From the UHGV virus genome UHGV-0084588: 64,000 bases of DNA. One strand, written 5' to 3'. Below the pieces are notes generated by a model. It was not told the origin of the DNA and did no database searches. It saw only the letters and a list, made by a program, of their open reading frames with translations. The position numbers were made by a program, and so were the translations under genes. Numbering within the stretch: position 1 is the stretch's first letter; every line of letters starts with the position of its first letter. Positions 19,145 to 27,136 of this stretch are shown piece by piece. This DNA is from a virus.

Positions 19145-20276
19145 TCCGCCACCGAAACCAGTTGGCGTCAAACGCATTTTCTCAACGGGCGATGTACATT
19201 TACTGCACCGTCGTGTACCGACGTGGCATATTGTTAACGTGCTCAAGGAAACCTTAGAACGGTTCGATAATACGATTGACGCTATTTATATAGCTGGCGA
19301 TTTATTTGATGATTCCCGGCATTTGCGGCAAGAAGATTCTCAAGAAGCCATAGGGTTTTTAACCTGGTTATTGCTCTGGGCCAAACAGACGAATACCGCT
19401 ATTCGTGTCTTGGAAGGAACACCCTCCCACGATCATAAACAATCGAAAATCGTTGAAGAGTTAAATCAGGCGGTGAGTGCAGATTGTTTGTATCTGGATA
19501 AGATTGGGGTGTTTTACGACGAGGCGTTAGGAGCGACTATCGGTTGGGTCCAGGACGAGTATAAAGCCCTGGGTTCTGAGTCTATTGATGCTGCCGCAAC
19601 AGAACAGGAAATGGCTGAATTATTAGCCACGCGCGGTATACAGCAGATGGATTTCTGCTTTATGCATGGCTGCTTTCAGTTCCAAGTTCCCGTTGAGTCT
19701 ACCCGCTTTTTCCATACAGATTTTTGGGAACCGTTAGTCAAGCATTTGATTATCATCCACCACGATCATCGTAGGAAACAATTGGGTAAGATTCGTGTAC
19801 CAGGCAGCCCCGATCGCCTGGCAATGGGTGAAGAAGAGGACAAAGGCTTTGCTATTGTCGATTTCACTCCTGATTTAGCCAGGGATTATTTCTTGGTTAA
19901 TGAACGCGCTTGCCCGCAGGTTAAAATTGCTGCGGAGGAGGACTACGAATCGCAGTACGCGAAATGTCTCTCTGCGCTTGAGTATATTGATACTCATCCG
20001 TCCTCGGTAATAGGACGATTGGAAATTGAATATTATCCCGATTCTCCATTGGCGGAAGCCATTACTCGGTGGAAATCGCAATATTCATTCCATATTTCAG
20101 GTACGCGTATACGTACGCCTGAAGAGGAGCAAATTCTCGCAGCCGGTTTTGCTATCGACGCAGAGGTCGAGGAAACCATCTCTGAAGAGAATGTTGAAGC
20201 GATTTTGTTAGAAGCATTAGTGCCGTTTAAATACGATGCACAAATTGTCACTGACATTATCAGGAGCATCAAATGA
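19128..20276 (+). CDS. calcineurin-like metallophosphoesterase, Mre11/SbcD-like nuclease candidate
   Basis: Motifs GDVHLL (D-x-H), AGDLFDD (GDxxD), GTPSHD (GNHD-like) in canonical order; start taken at in-frame ATG 19128. Confidence 0.5.
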   Translation: MKRITNPPPKPVGVKRIFSTGDVHLLHRRVPTWHIVNVLKETLERFDNTIDAIYIAGDLFDDSRHLRQEDSQEAIGFLTWLLLWAKQTNTAIRVLEGTPSHDHKQSKIVEELNQAVSADCLYLDKIGVFYDEALGATIGWVQDEYKALGSESIDAAATEQEMAELLATRGIQQMDFCFMHGCFQFQVPVESTRFFHTDFWEPLVKHLIIIHHDHRRKQLGKIRVPGSPDRLAMGEEEDKGFAIVDFTPDLARDYFLVNERACPQVKIAAEEDYESQYAKCLSALEYIDTHPSSVIGRLEIEYYPDSPLAEAITRWKSQYSFHISGTRIRTPEEEQILAAGFAIDAEVEETISEENVEAILLEALVPFKYDAQIVTDIIRSIK

Positions 20277-21109
20277 CCCCAATCAGTGTTGATCGCACGT
20301 TTGGGTTTTATCAAATGTCAATTGCTACATCGTTGGCTTTTGAAGGGCTTCTCCATGAAGGAGAATATGCCGATTGGAAGGGTCCTGTCCCTATCCACAA
20401 GTATCAGGATATTTACCTGAATCTACGGACGTTGTTCCGTAACGCGTTTTACGCGTTTGAAACGAATCGTGAACGATTAACACCTGAAGTGTTGCTGGCA
20501 TCGATTGAAGAAGATATTGCTTCTATTAACGCTACCGCGAAAGCGGTAGCGCCTTCGGTGCTATGTGTCCCCTATATCTGTACGTATAAAAGTGCGAACA
20601 GAGTCTTTCCAGAAGCAGCGTTCCGTACGATCGCAGGCGGGCAGGAAAAGATGACACCTAACCAGCATCACTTTAATGCGTTAGAACACGATACGTTAAA
20701 GTTATACGGTGAAAAATATCCTGAACAATTCAAAAGCTTTGATGTGTTTCCGAAAGGACAGCACGACACGTTGATTTTAACCCATTACCCTGCCGATCTG
20801 CTGGCCTACAAAGATTTCCCGCTGTTGAATTTGTTAGAATCACACACGGGGAAAATTAAAGGTCGGTTAGAATGGTACACGAAGCTTTACGGTAAACCCG
20901 AACAGATCCCGTTTAACAAAGCGTTCCTAACGCTATTTGGCGATGGGTATATGTTCTCCCCACTTGACAGAAAGGTTCGTAAGGTGGTGTTGAATACTGC
21001 CGAGAAATACCACTGGCGACAAGATACGACCATGGATCGTATTTACAGTTGCTTGAAGTTGGTTAACGAACCCTTTGTCATTGAGTTCCTTCGTAGATTG
21101 TCTCGCTAA
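20273..21109 (+). CDS. hypothetical protein (278 aa)
   Basis: ATGA overlap with upstream gene; caggag RBS. Confidence 0.55.
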   Translation: MTPISVDRTFGFYQMSIATSLAFEGLLHEGEYADWKGPVPIHKYQDIYLNLRTLFRNAFYAFETNRERLTPEVLLASIEEDIASINATAKAVAPSVLCVPYICTYKSANRVFPEAAFRTIAGGQEKMTPNQHHFNALEHDTLKLYGEKYPEQFKSFDVFPKGQHDTLILTHYPADLLAYKDFPLLNLLESHTGKIKGRLEWYTKLYGKPEQIPFNKAFLTLFGDGYMFSPLDRKVRKVVLNTAEKYHWRQDTTMDRIYSCLKLVNEPFVIEFLRRLSR

Positions 21110-21167
21110 TTTTACAGATCGTTTTGTTAGTTTGAGCACTCCGAAAATGTAAAAATAGGATAAGTAA

Positions 21168-21812
21168 ATGGTCAATAAAAACTTCCTTAAAGAGAAATGG
21201 CTTTACCCACAGACTGAGCCGGATCAACAGGGCCGTACCCGTAAACTGGGCATTGAATTGAACGAATTCAATGGTGATGTGGAACTGATGAAATTCCACT
21301 ACTCCTTTGGTAAAGGCGAAGGTCTTTATTTCACCGCAGGCTATACTGTTTGCGTTGATATCTTTGAAACCCTGCGTACGGTGATGCAGAAACCCGAAAA
21401 AGTCGTTTTCAAATGGGAAGATGCAAAAGGTAAGAAGGCACCGGTTAGCTTACACGTAGGTCGTGATGAAAACCTGACACCGTTCTTTGCACTGAGCGGC
21501 GAGATCCCAGGGGTTGGTGCGCGTCAGAAGAAATTCTATTTCACTTATCCGAAAGGTTATCGTGTTTTCCGTAATGGACAACTGGTCTCCGATCTGGAAC
21601 TGGCAGAGCGTCAACTACGCGCGTTCCTGAAAAATGCGGATGTATTCCTGGAAGATTTCCGTGACAACTACAAACCGCGCGAGTTTAATAACGCGGGTGG
21701 TGGTAGTTACGGTCGCGGAGGTTACAATAACGGCGGCAATGGCGGCGGTTATAACAACCAGTCTGGTGCAAAAGCCCCAACACCAACTAACGATTTTGAC
21801 GATATTATTTAA
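21168..21812 (+). CDS. putative ssDNA-binding protein, or nucleic-acid-binding protein with an RGG/Gly-Tyr low-complexity linker
   Basis: C-terminal Gly-rich linker GGGSYGRGGYNNGGNGGGYNN and acidic tip NDFDDII resembling E. coli SSB tail DFDDDIPF; strongly optimised codons. Confidence 0.4.
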   Translation: MVNKNFLKEKWLYPQTEPDQQGRTRKLGIELNEFNGDVELMKFHYSFGKGEGLYFTAGYTVCVDIFETLRTVMQKPEKVVFKWEDAKGKKAPVSLHVGRDENLTPFFALSGEIPGVGARQKKFYFTYPKGYRVFRNGQLVSDLELAERQLRAFLKNADVFLEDFRDNYKPREFNNAGGGSYGRGGYNNGGNGGGYNNQSGAKAPTPTNDFDDII

Positions 21813-21831
21813 ATAACGTAAAACTATAACA

Positions 21832-21862
21832 TAGCCCCAGGATATCCTGGGGCTCTTTATCG
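21832..21862 (+). terminator. terminator-like hairpin
   Basis: agccccagg-atat-cctggggct followed by a short T-rich stretch. Confidence 0.5.
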
Positions 21863-21894
21863 TGTATGTGTGTAGAATACAGTCGAAGTTATCT

Positions 21895-21911
21895 GAGATA
21901 GATTTTATCTT
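21895..21911 (+). promoter_or_regulatory. candidate promoter/operator, TAGAT-TTT-ATCT palindromic variant
   Basis: gagatagattttatctt about 35 bp upstream of ATG 21946. Confidence 0.3.
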
Positions 21912-21945
21912 AGTGCACGACTATGCTATTCCTGGAGATTTTAAA

Positions 21946-23574
21946 ATGCGTATTGAAAAGAATCGTGACCGTTTAGTGATAAAATACGGTGAAAAGGAGG
22001 TCGCGTTTAATGGTTTCCGAAACGGACGTAAAGACGTGAATGTGCCAGACGTACGCGATAGTTTCGGACAGATCGTAACGCATGATAAAATCATGTTCAT
22101 GGAAATCGATCGTTATTGGTCAACTTTAACGCCCGAAGAGAAAAGCGAACTGTTTTCAGTTTACGAAGAATTAGAGTTGTTAGCTAATGAACCCCCAGAA
22201 GTTATTCGTGAACACGTTCCCACACTCGTCGCGAGAATTGCTAAATTTCATCACGCAGATAGATTCCGCCAGCTTTATCCACACGGCTCGGTGTGGATTC
22301 CTCAAAACGTCCACGAAACGTACGAAGAGATGTCGTCGAATTATCCAAAAGAGATGACGTATATTGTACAAGATTATTACGAACTGGTGATTTTGTCTTT
22401 GATGACAAAACCGTTTATTCCAGTATTCTTGATTTTGGACGCTTTTCCTGCAACACGTGCTTCTGTTGAGTCGAAGCGCAAAAGTGTTTATAACCTGACC
22501 TACTGCATGGAGCTATTGTCGGATACCGAGATTGCCACGCTGCCTGCCATTACAAAGTTGCGTGAGTTTTTAGTGTCGGTGATTTCGAAAGTTCAAGACG
22601 GGGGCAGTAAAGGACCCAATACTGCAAATCTTACCGTCCTGGCATCTATCTGCGGCTACGGCACGGATATGGTAGAGGAATACATCGTAGCGTTCGCTGT
22701 TATCCGTTTAATTGCGATGAAGTTAATCGGTGCCGAGCTACCACCGGGTACGATGGTTGAAAACAACATCGTGGCGGGAATGTATTTCAATATTCGACAA
22801 GAAATTGAAACTGGCTTCGCGGGAAAAATTTCCGGTCAAAACGTGATGCTAAAAGCGAATCCTGAGAAAATCATGTTCAACGGCGAGAAGGGGAAAACTT
22901 CGTCGATTGACTTGGTTCAGGCTCGGACTAAAGCACCGATGAAAGAATTCGTTCGTACCCAAGAATTCTTTAATGACTACCGTCGTGCGGTGCGTGCTTT
23001 GAATCTCGATATTGCTCCCGCAGATGTGAAAGTGCTGATAGATTCTATCAACATTAATCATCAGTATCCGTTCTACGAACTCTACGAATGGTTGGTGGCG
23101 GCAGTGATGCACCGATTTGCAGATCGTCGTACATACAAGGAAATCGACTCGGAAGCATTTAAGAACGCGATGGGTATATCCCAAGCCGTTTACATCTATT
23201 ACGGAATGCCTGAGATTGCGCAGCTGTTAAGTTGTGAGATGATCCGGGCACCGCTAAATGGCGGGTATCCTATCGAACCGATCGATAATGAGATTAAAAT
23301 AAAAACGGATAGATATTATCCACAGGCATACCGTAAGCATCGTAATACTTACGAACAGTCAACGTTGAAGGATTCTCTCAGCTTGTTGGTTCGTGAGCAT
23401 ATTGCACCGTTCAACTTCAATCTCAGGGCAACACCGGAAGCAGCCAGAATGTTACGGTGTGGGACAGTGATGTTGGACTATTCGCCTCATCCGCGACTTC
23501 AGAACATGTTAGCAGAATTTCTGTTAATTCAAAACAGAAAGAAATGTGAAGAAGTGGCATGGTTTAATCAATAA
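21946..23574 (+). CDS. hypothetical protein (about 542 aa)
   Basis: ATG at 21946 with ggag RBS, chosen over ORF-track start 21862. Confidence 0.5.
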   Translation: MRIEKNRDRLVIKYGEKEVAFNGFRNGRKDVNVPDVRDSFGQIVTHDKIMFMEIDRYWSTLTPEEKSELFSVYEELELLANEPPEVIREHVPTLVARIAKFHHADRFRQLYPHGSVWIPQNVHETYEEMSSNYPKEMTYIVQDYYELVILSLMTKPFIPVFLILDAFPATRASVESKRKSVYNLTYCMELLSDTEIATLPAITKLREFLVSVISKVQDGGSKGPNTANLTVLASICGYGTDMVEEYIVAFAVIRLIAMKLIGAELPPGTMVENNIVAGMYFNIRQEIETGFAGKISGQNVMLKANPEKIMFNGEKGKTSSIDLVQARTKAPMKEFVRTQEFFNDYRRAVRALNLDIAPADVKVLIDSININHQYPFYELYEWLVAAVMHRFADRRTYKEIDSEAFKNAMGISQAVYIYYGMPEIAQLLSCEMIRAPLNGGYPIEPIDNEIKIKTDRYYPQAYRKHRNTYEQSTLKDSLSLLVREHIAPFNFNLRATPEAARMLRCGTVMLDYSPHPRLQNMLAEFLLIQNRKKCEEVAWFNQ

Positions 23575-23604
23575 TTTTCGGCTTGACCTAAAGGAGTATT
23601 TACA

Positions 23605-25311
23605 ATGGCAATGAAACTTTTGAAACTGCAAATGTATCCGGTGTACGAAATCCCAGAGCAGATTCGTCGTCGTATCGGGTTCTTTGAATCGCAGCACGCT
23701 TTGGATGAGTTAGTGGATGTGGTCGCAGAGCACGGTGATAAAGCAACAGGTTCTCGGGCTTATCAAGAAGCCCTGGGTCAGATTGTGGGCTTCGATAATA
23801 CTCCAACCGGTATTGAACGCCCATTCATTAACGTGAGCGATAATGAATCACAGCCAATCCACTTTGCGTATAACTCTCGCGATACGGGTGTGTATAACTT
23901 CGTGGCGATTATTGTTTCGAACTCGTTAAATGACACACGGACTCAAGAAACGCGTTATGTTGTTTCTGGGTATACATCTCAGGCAGAGCGGTCTATGTTT
24001 AATCACCTGCCGGATGACATGGTTCTGTATATCAACGAAATATACGGATTACAATGTACGTATATCACCGATGCGTTTGGTGGGCGTCGTATCAACCCGG
24101 ATTCTTTCCGTCTGATAGACAACTATGTGTTGTCCAAGACACTAACTGCGGACAGTTATGTGGAACACACCATCGACGTTATTTCTACCGCGAAAGCGGC
24201 TGATATGGTACGTAAAGTGGTGAAGGCAGGCGAACAGATTGAGCTGGATAATAACACGGTTATCTCCGCTAATTGCCAGCGTGCGCCACAGTTGATGTCT
24301 AGTCAATTAACCCGACCGGAATCTTTCGTGACGGCAATCTCCAATTCCTTTATTAACACCATGGGGATTGAAACGGAGCTGAGCGCAGTAGATAGTTTCT
24401 TCGCAGGAGATCATTCTCTTGGGGTAGAATCTGAACTTAGTCAGATCGGCGTGATGCGTAACTTCAATAGTTACGAATTGGTGAAGGCGTTTAGAACAGC
24501 CATATCCAACGCCACGTCAGATATGACTAGTGGTTGGAACGTTGCGAACCGTGCAGCATTTAAACTGTGTGACTTGCGTAATGCGGTGGTTAATCCCGAA
24601 GATGTGGATGCTGCAATTGCGCACTCGCTGGCTGTCGCGGCCCGTCGTGGTTTTGGTGAAATTGAACGCACCGATGATTGGGTAGGGCGTAATAACTATT
24701 CTACTCAGGGTTCATTAGTGGCGTTTGATTTAGCCATGTTACTGGGGCCTGTGGTCACCCGTAATCTTATCGGTGAAGTGACTTTCTTCTACGATAACCG
24801 TATGGCGGATATTGCAACACCTCCTCTGCTGCAAGTGTCAAAACACAACGTTGGGGCATTAACTGAAGACGGATTACCGGATGTGTTAGCACGTCGCTTC
24901 TTAAGTGACTTACAAGGCGTATTCTTGCAAGTGACTAAACATAACCGTATTCGTTGTAAGATGACTGTAACGTGTATCGTTGGGGTGGTTTCGCGTATTG
25001 AAATCGAAATCGATGGCGAGCTGCCTGAGTATTATACACATGCGTCGTTCATGAAAGCACGTCTGCATTGCGGTACAACAACTGACCTTCAGTACACGAA
25101 CCAGTTAGCTGCAGAAACAGCACAGCTGATGAATAAAGTGGAAGAAGGGTACCAAGAATTCAACCGTGGTCAGAACCGTTCGAATATCCTGTCGAATATT
25201 CCAACTGCCCCTGTGTCTGCGCCTACAAGCCTGGGTAGTTTCGGTAGCTTTGGCGGCAGCGATATGTCAACGCCTGTGCCAGTGTCTGGCTTTGGTGCAT
25301 TCGGCGAGTAA
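23605..25311 (+). CDS. hypothetical protein (568 aa) with C-terminal FG-repeat tail
   Basis: Conserved RBS context ctaaaggagtattta; C-terminus SLGSFGSFGGSDMSTPVPVSGFGAFGE. Confidence 0.6.
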   Translation: MAMKLLKLQMYPVYEIPEQIRRRIGFFESQHALDELVDVVAEHGDKATGSRAYQEALGQIVGFDNTPTGIERPFINVSDNESQPIHFAYNSRDTGVYNFVAIIVSNSLNDTRTQETRYVVSGYTSQAERSMFNHLPDDMVLYINEIYGLQCTYITDAFGGRRINPDSFRLIDNYVLSKTLTADSYVEHTIDVISTAKAADMVRKVVKAGEQIELDNNTVISANCQRAPQLMSSQLTRPESFVTAISNSFINTMGIETELSAVDSFFAGDHSLGVESELSQIGVMRNFNSYELVKAFRTAISNATSDMTSGWNVANRAAFKLCDLRNAVVNPEDVDAAIAHSLAVAARRGFGEIERTDDWVGRNNYSTQGSLVAFDLAMLLGPVVTRNLIGEVTFFYDNRMADIATPPLLQVSKHNVGALTEDGLPDVLARRFLSDLQGVFLQVTKHNRIRCKMTVTCIVGVVSRIEIEIDGELPEYYTHASFMKARLHCGTTTDLQYTNQLAAETAQLMNKVEEGYQEFNRGQNRSNILSNIPTAPVSAPTSLGSFGSFGGSDMSTPVPVSGFGAFGE

Positions 25312-25333
25312 AAGATTAATCAAGGACTCTTAA

Positions 25334-26713
25334 ATGAAAATTATTGAATTCTATAAATCGTTTCTTAAATCACAAGGATTCGATTTTGAAAACGATTTAC
25401 TCACTCGTGACGGTGGTGAACCGGCAGAGTTTACGTACAACAAAGTGAAGCGCCGTTTGGCGCTTCCTACCCCAGCGATGATTAAGCGCGGTATGGAAGA
25501 CGATGATGGGCGTGAATGTCAGGCTTTTCATCCGCTGTGCGAATCGGTGCTGGCAGGCGAATCAGGGACAATTCGTTTTCTGAAGAAATCCATTAATGCG
25601 AACCTGTTCATTCGTTCCTTTGCATTAATCGACGCGATTCTGGAAACGGGGGCAAGTGGCAAAGCAGTACGTTCAGCTTCCTACAAGAAGTTCTTAACAG
25701 AACAGATTTGCGAAGGGATGAAAGATCCGACGTTCGACGAACGTTTGGTGAAATCCTGGGAAGCGGTGAAAGCGTTCGTCTATGGGCAATTGGAAAAAGA
25801 TAAAAAGCACAAGATCACCCAGCTTTTTATTGCATCTGATTTAGTTATCGACGGCGTGAAGTTTAACCGTGTAGCTAATTATCGGAATATGTTCGAAGAA
25901 GAATCGTTAGATGGTACTGCAATGTACTTCTCTGCGAAGCTTCAACGTAAACAAGACAAAATCATTATCCATCGTTTATTGACCACTGTGTTCGGTTGGT
26001 ATCCGAGCGTAACGGGGTCTAATGATTCGCGTCCGTATTTCGGTTGCTTAGCACGTGGTTGGGCGCAGTACGTTGTGAATTATAACAACGTCGTTAAGGG
26101 ATTGCGCGACCACACATCTTTACGTCCGTTGGAAGATGAATGGATTTCTCAGCTGGACAATATGGATATTTACGATAACGTCATTCAGACTTTACCGTAT
26201 AACACCGGCCCACGTTCTGACAGCCCTGAACGTGATACCACGGCGCATGATTTCCGTATCGATCGTGCGCAGGCTCCGCAGCAGATTCCACAAAAACGTG
26301 CGTCGGATGCAGATAAAGCGGATAAGTCCGATCCGATGGAATTCTTCCGTGCTCGTGAACGTAACATGGCCACGCATAGTCCTTATGGGAATTTGACGCC
26401 AGCGATGCAACGTTACGCCGAGCAGCACGGAACAACTAACCCTGCCAACGGTATGGTAAGTCGAATTTCTGTTGTGGATGCGTTTGGTGGAGAGCGCAAG
26501 GTGTCACCTTTCGGTGGTCAGAGTAACTTCGGTGTAGGGAATACCGGAGGTTCTTTGGCAAGTACCTTTGGCGGAGGGAATAATTCTTTCAGCGGGAATG
26601 TAGGAGGGACTAGCGCGTTTAGCACGAGTTCAGCATTTGCAACGAATAGCAGTTTTGGCGGGCAGCCGCAAAGCAGCTTCGGTGGATTTGCAACTTCGCC
26701 ATTTACGCGCTAA
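25334..26713 (+). CDS. hypothetical protein (459 aa) with about 110-aa C-terminal FG/GFG-repeat low-complexity tail
   Basis: Tail: AFGG, PFGG, NFGV, TFGGG, SFSG, SSFGG, SFGGF separated by Ser/Thr/Asn/Gly spacers. Confidence 0.6.
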   Translation: MKIIEFYKSFLKSQGFDFENDLLTRDGGEPAEFTYNKVKRRLALPTPAMIKRGMEDDDGRECQAFHPLCESVLAGESGTIRFLKKSINANLFIRSFALIDAILETGASGKAVRSASYKKFLTEQICEGMKDPTFDERLVKSWEAVKAFVYGQLEKDKKHKITQLFIASDLVIDGVKFNRVANYRNMFEEESLDGTAMYFSAKLQRKQDKIIIHRLLTTVFGWYPSVTGSNDSRPYFGCLARGWAQYVVNYNNVVKGLRDHTSLRPLEDEWISQLDNMDIYDNVIQTLPYNTGPRSDSPERDTTAHDFRIDRAQAPQQIPQKRASDADKADKSDPMEFFRARERNMATHSPYGNLTPAMQRYAEQHGTTNPANGMVSRISVVDAFGGERKVSPFGGQSNFGVGNTGGSLASTFGGGNNSFSGNVGGTSAFSTSSAFATNSSFGGQPQSSFGGFATSPFTR

Positions 26714-26719
26714 GTGAAG

Positions 26720-26752
26720 TAAAAAGAAGGGACCGAGTCCCTTCTTTTTTTA
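26720..26752. terminator. bidirectional terminator between convergent genes
   Basis: hairpin aagaagggac-cgag-tcccttctt flanked by A-run and T-run. Confidence 0.65.
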
Positions 26753-27073
26753 ATCATTACCGATGGTGCTAATAATCTCACTAACCGTTCCGACGTCGGG
26801 TACGATTAGTTGCGTGATTTCAGGGGTGAAATTCATGGGGTCTTCTAGCCCGTTTAATAGCATCATTGGATAGATAATGATATCGGCGTAACCTTTGAGT
26901 TTACAGTAGGCGTAGAAATTGTGGACCTCAGGCCAACTGTAGCGTGGGTCAACATTTTCTATTTTAGTTTTCGGGTGTTTACGCAGATAGTCTGTGTAAT
27001 CGTGCATCACTTTCCACGTCGTGGTGTAAGGCGCAGGTATGAATTCTTCTAGGGTAATAAAATTGTCTAACAT
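26750..27073 (-). CDS. hypothetical protein (107 aa), lone minus-strand gene
   Basis: Minus-strand ORF with aggaa RBS. Confidence 0.5.
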   Translation of the reverse strand: MLDNFITLEEFIPAPYTTTWKVMHDYTDYLRKHPKTKIENVDPRYSWPEVHNFYAYCKLKGYADIIIYPMMLLNGLEDPMNFTPEITQLIVPDVGTVSEIISTIGND

Positions 27074-27096
27074 AATCGTTCCTAAAATAAGTGAGA

Positions 27097-27108
27097 TAGA
27101 TATTATCC
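27097..27108 (+). promoter_or_regulatory. TAGATATTATCC motif (candidate promoter/operator)
   Basis: Same family as 5585, 13388 and 13468; about 30 bp upstream of ATG 27137. Confidence 0.4.
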
Positions 27109-27136
27109 TACTGATTCAACCTAAAGGAGTATTAAA

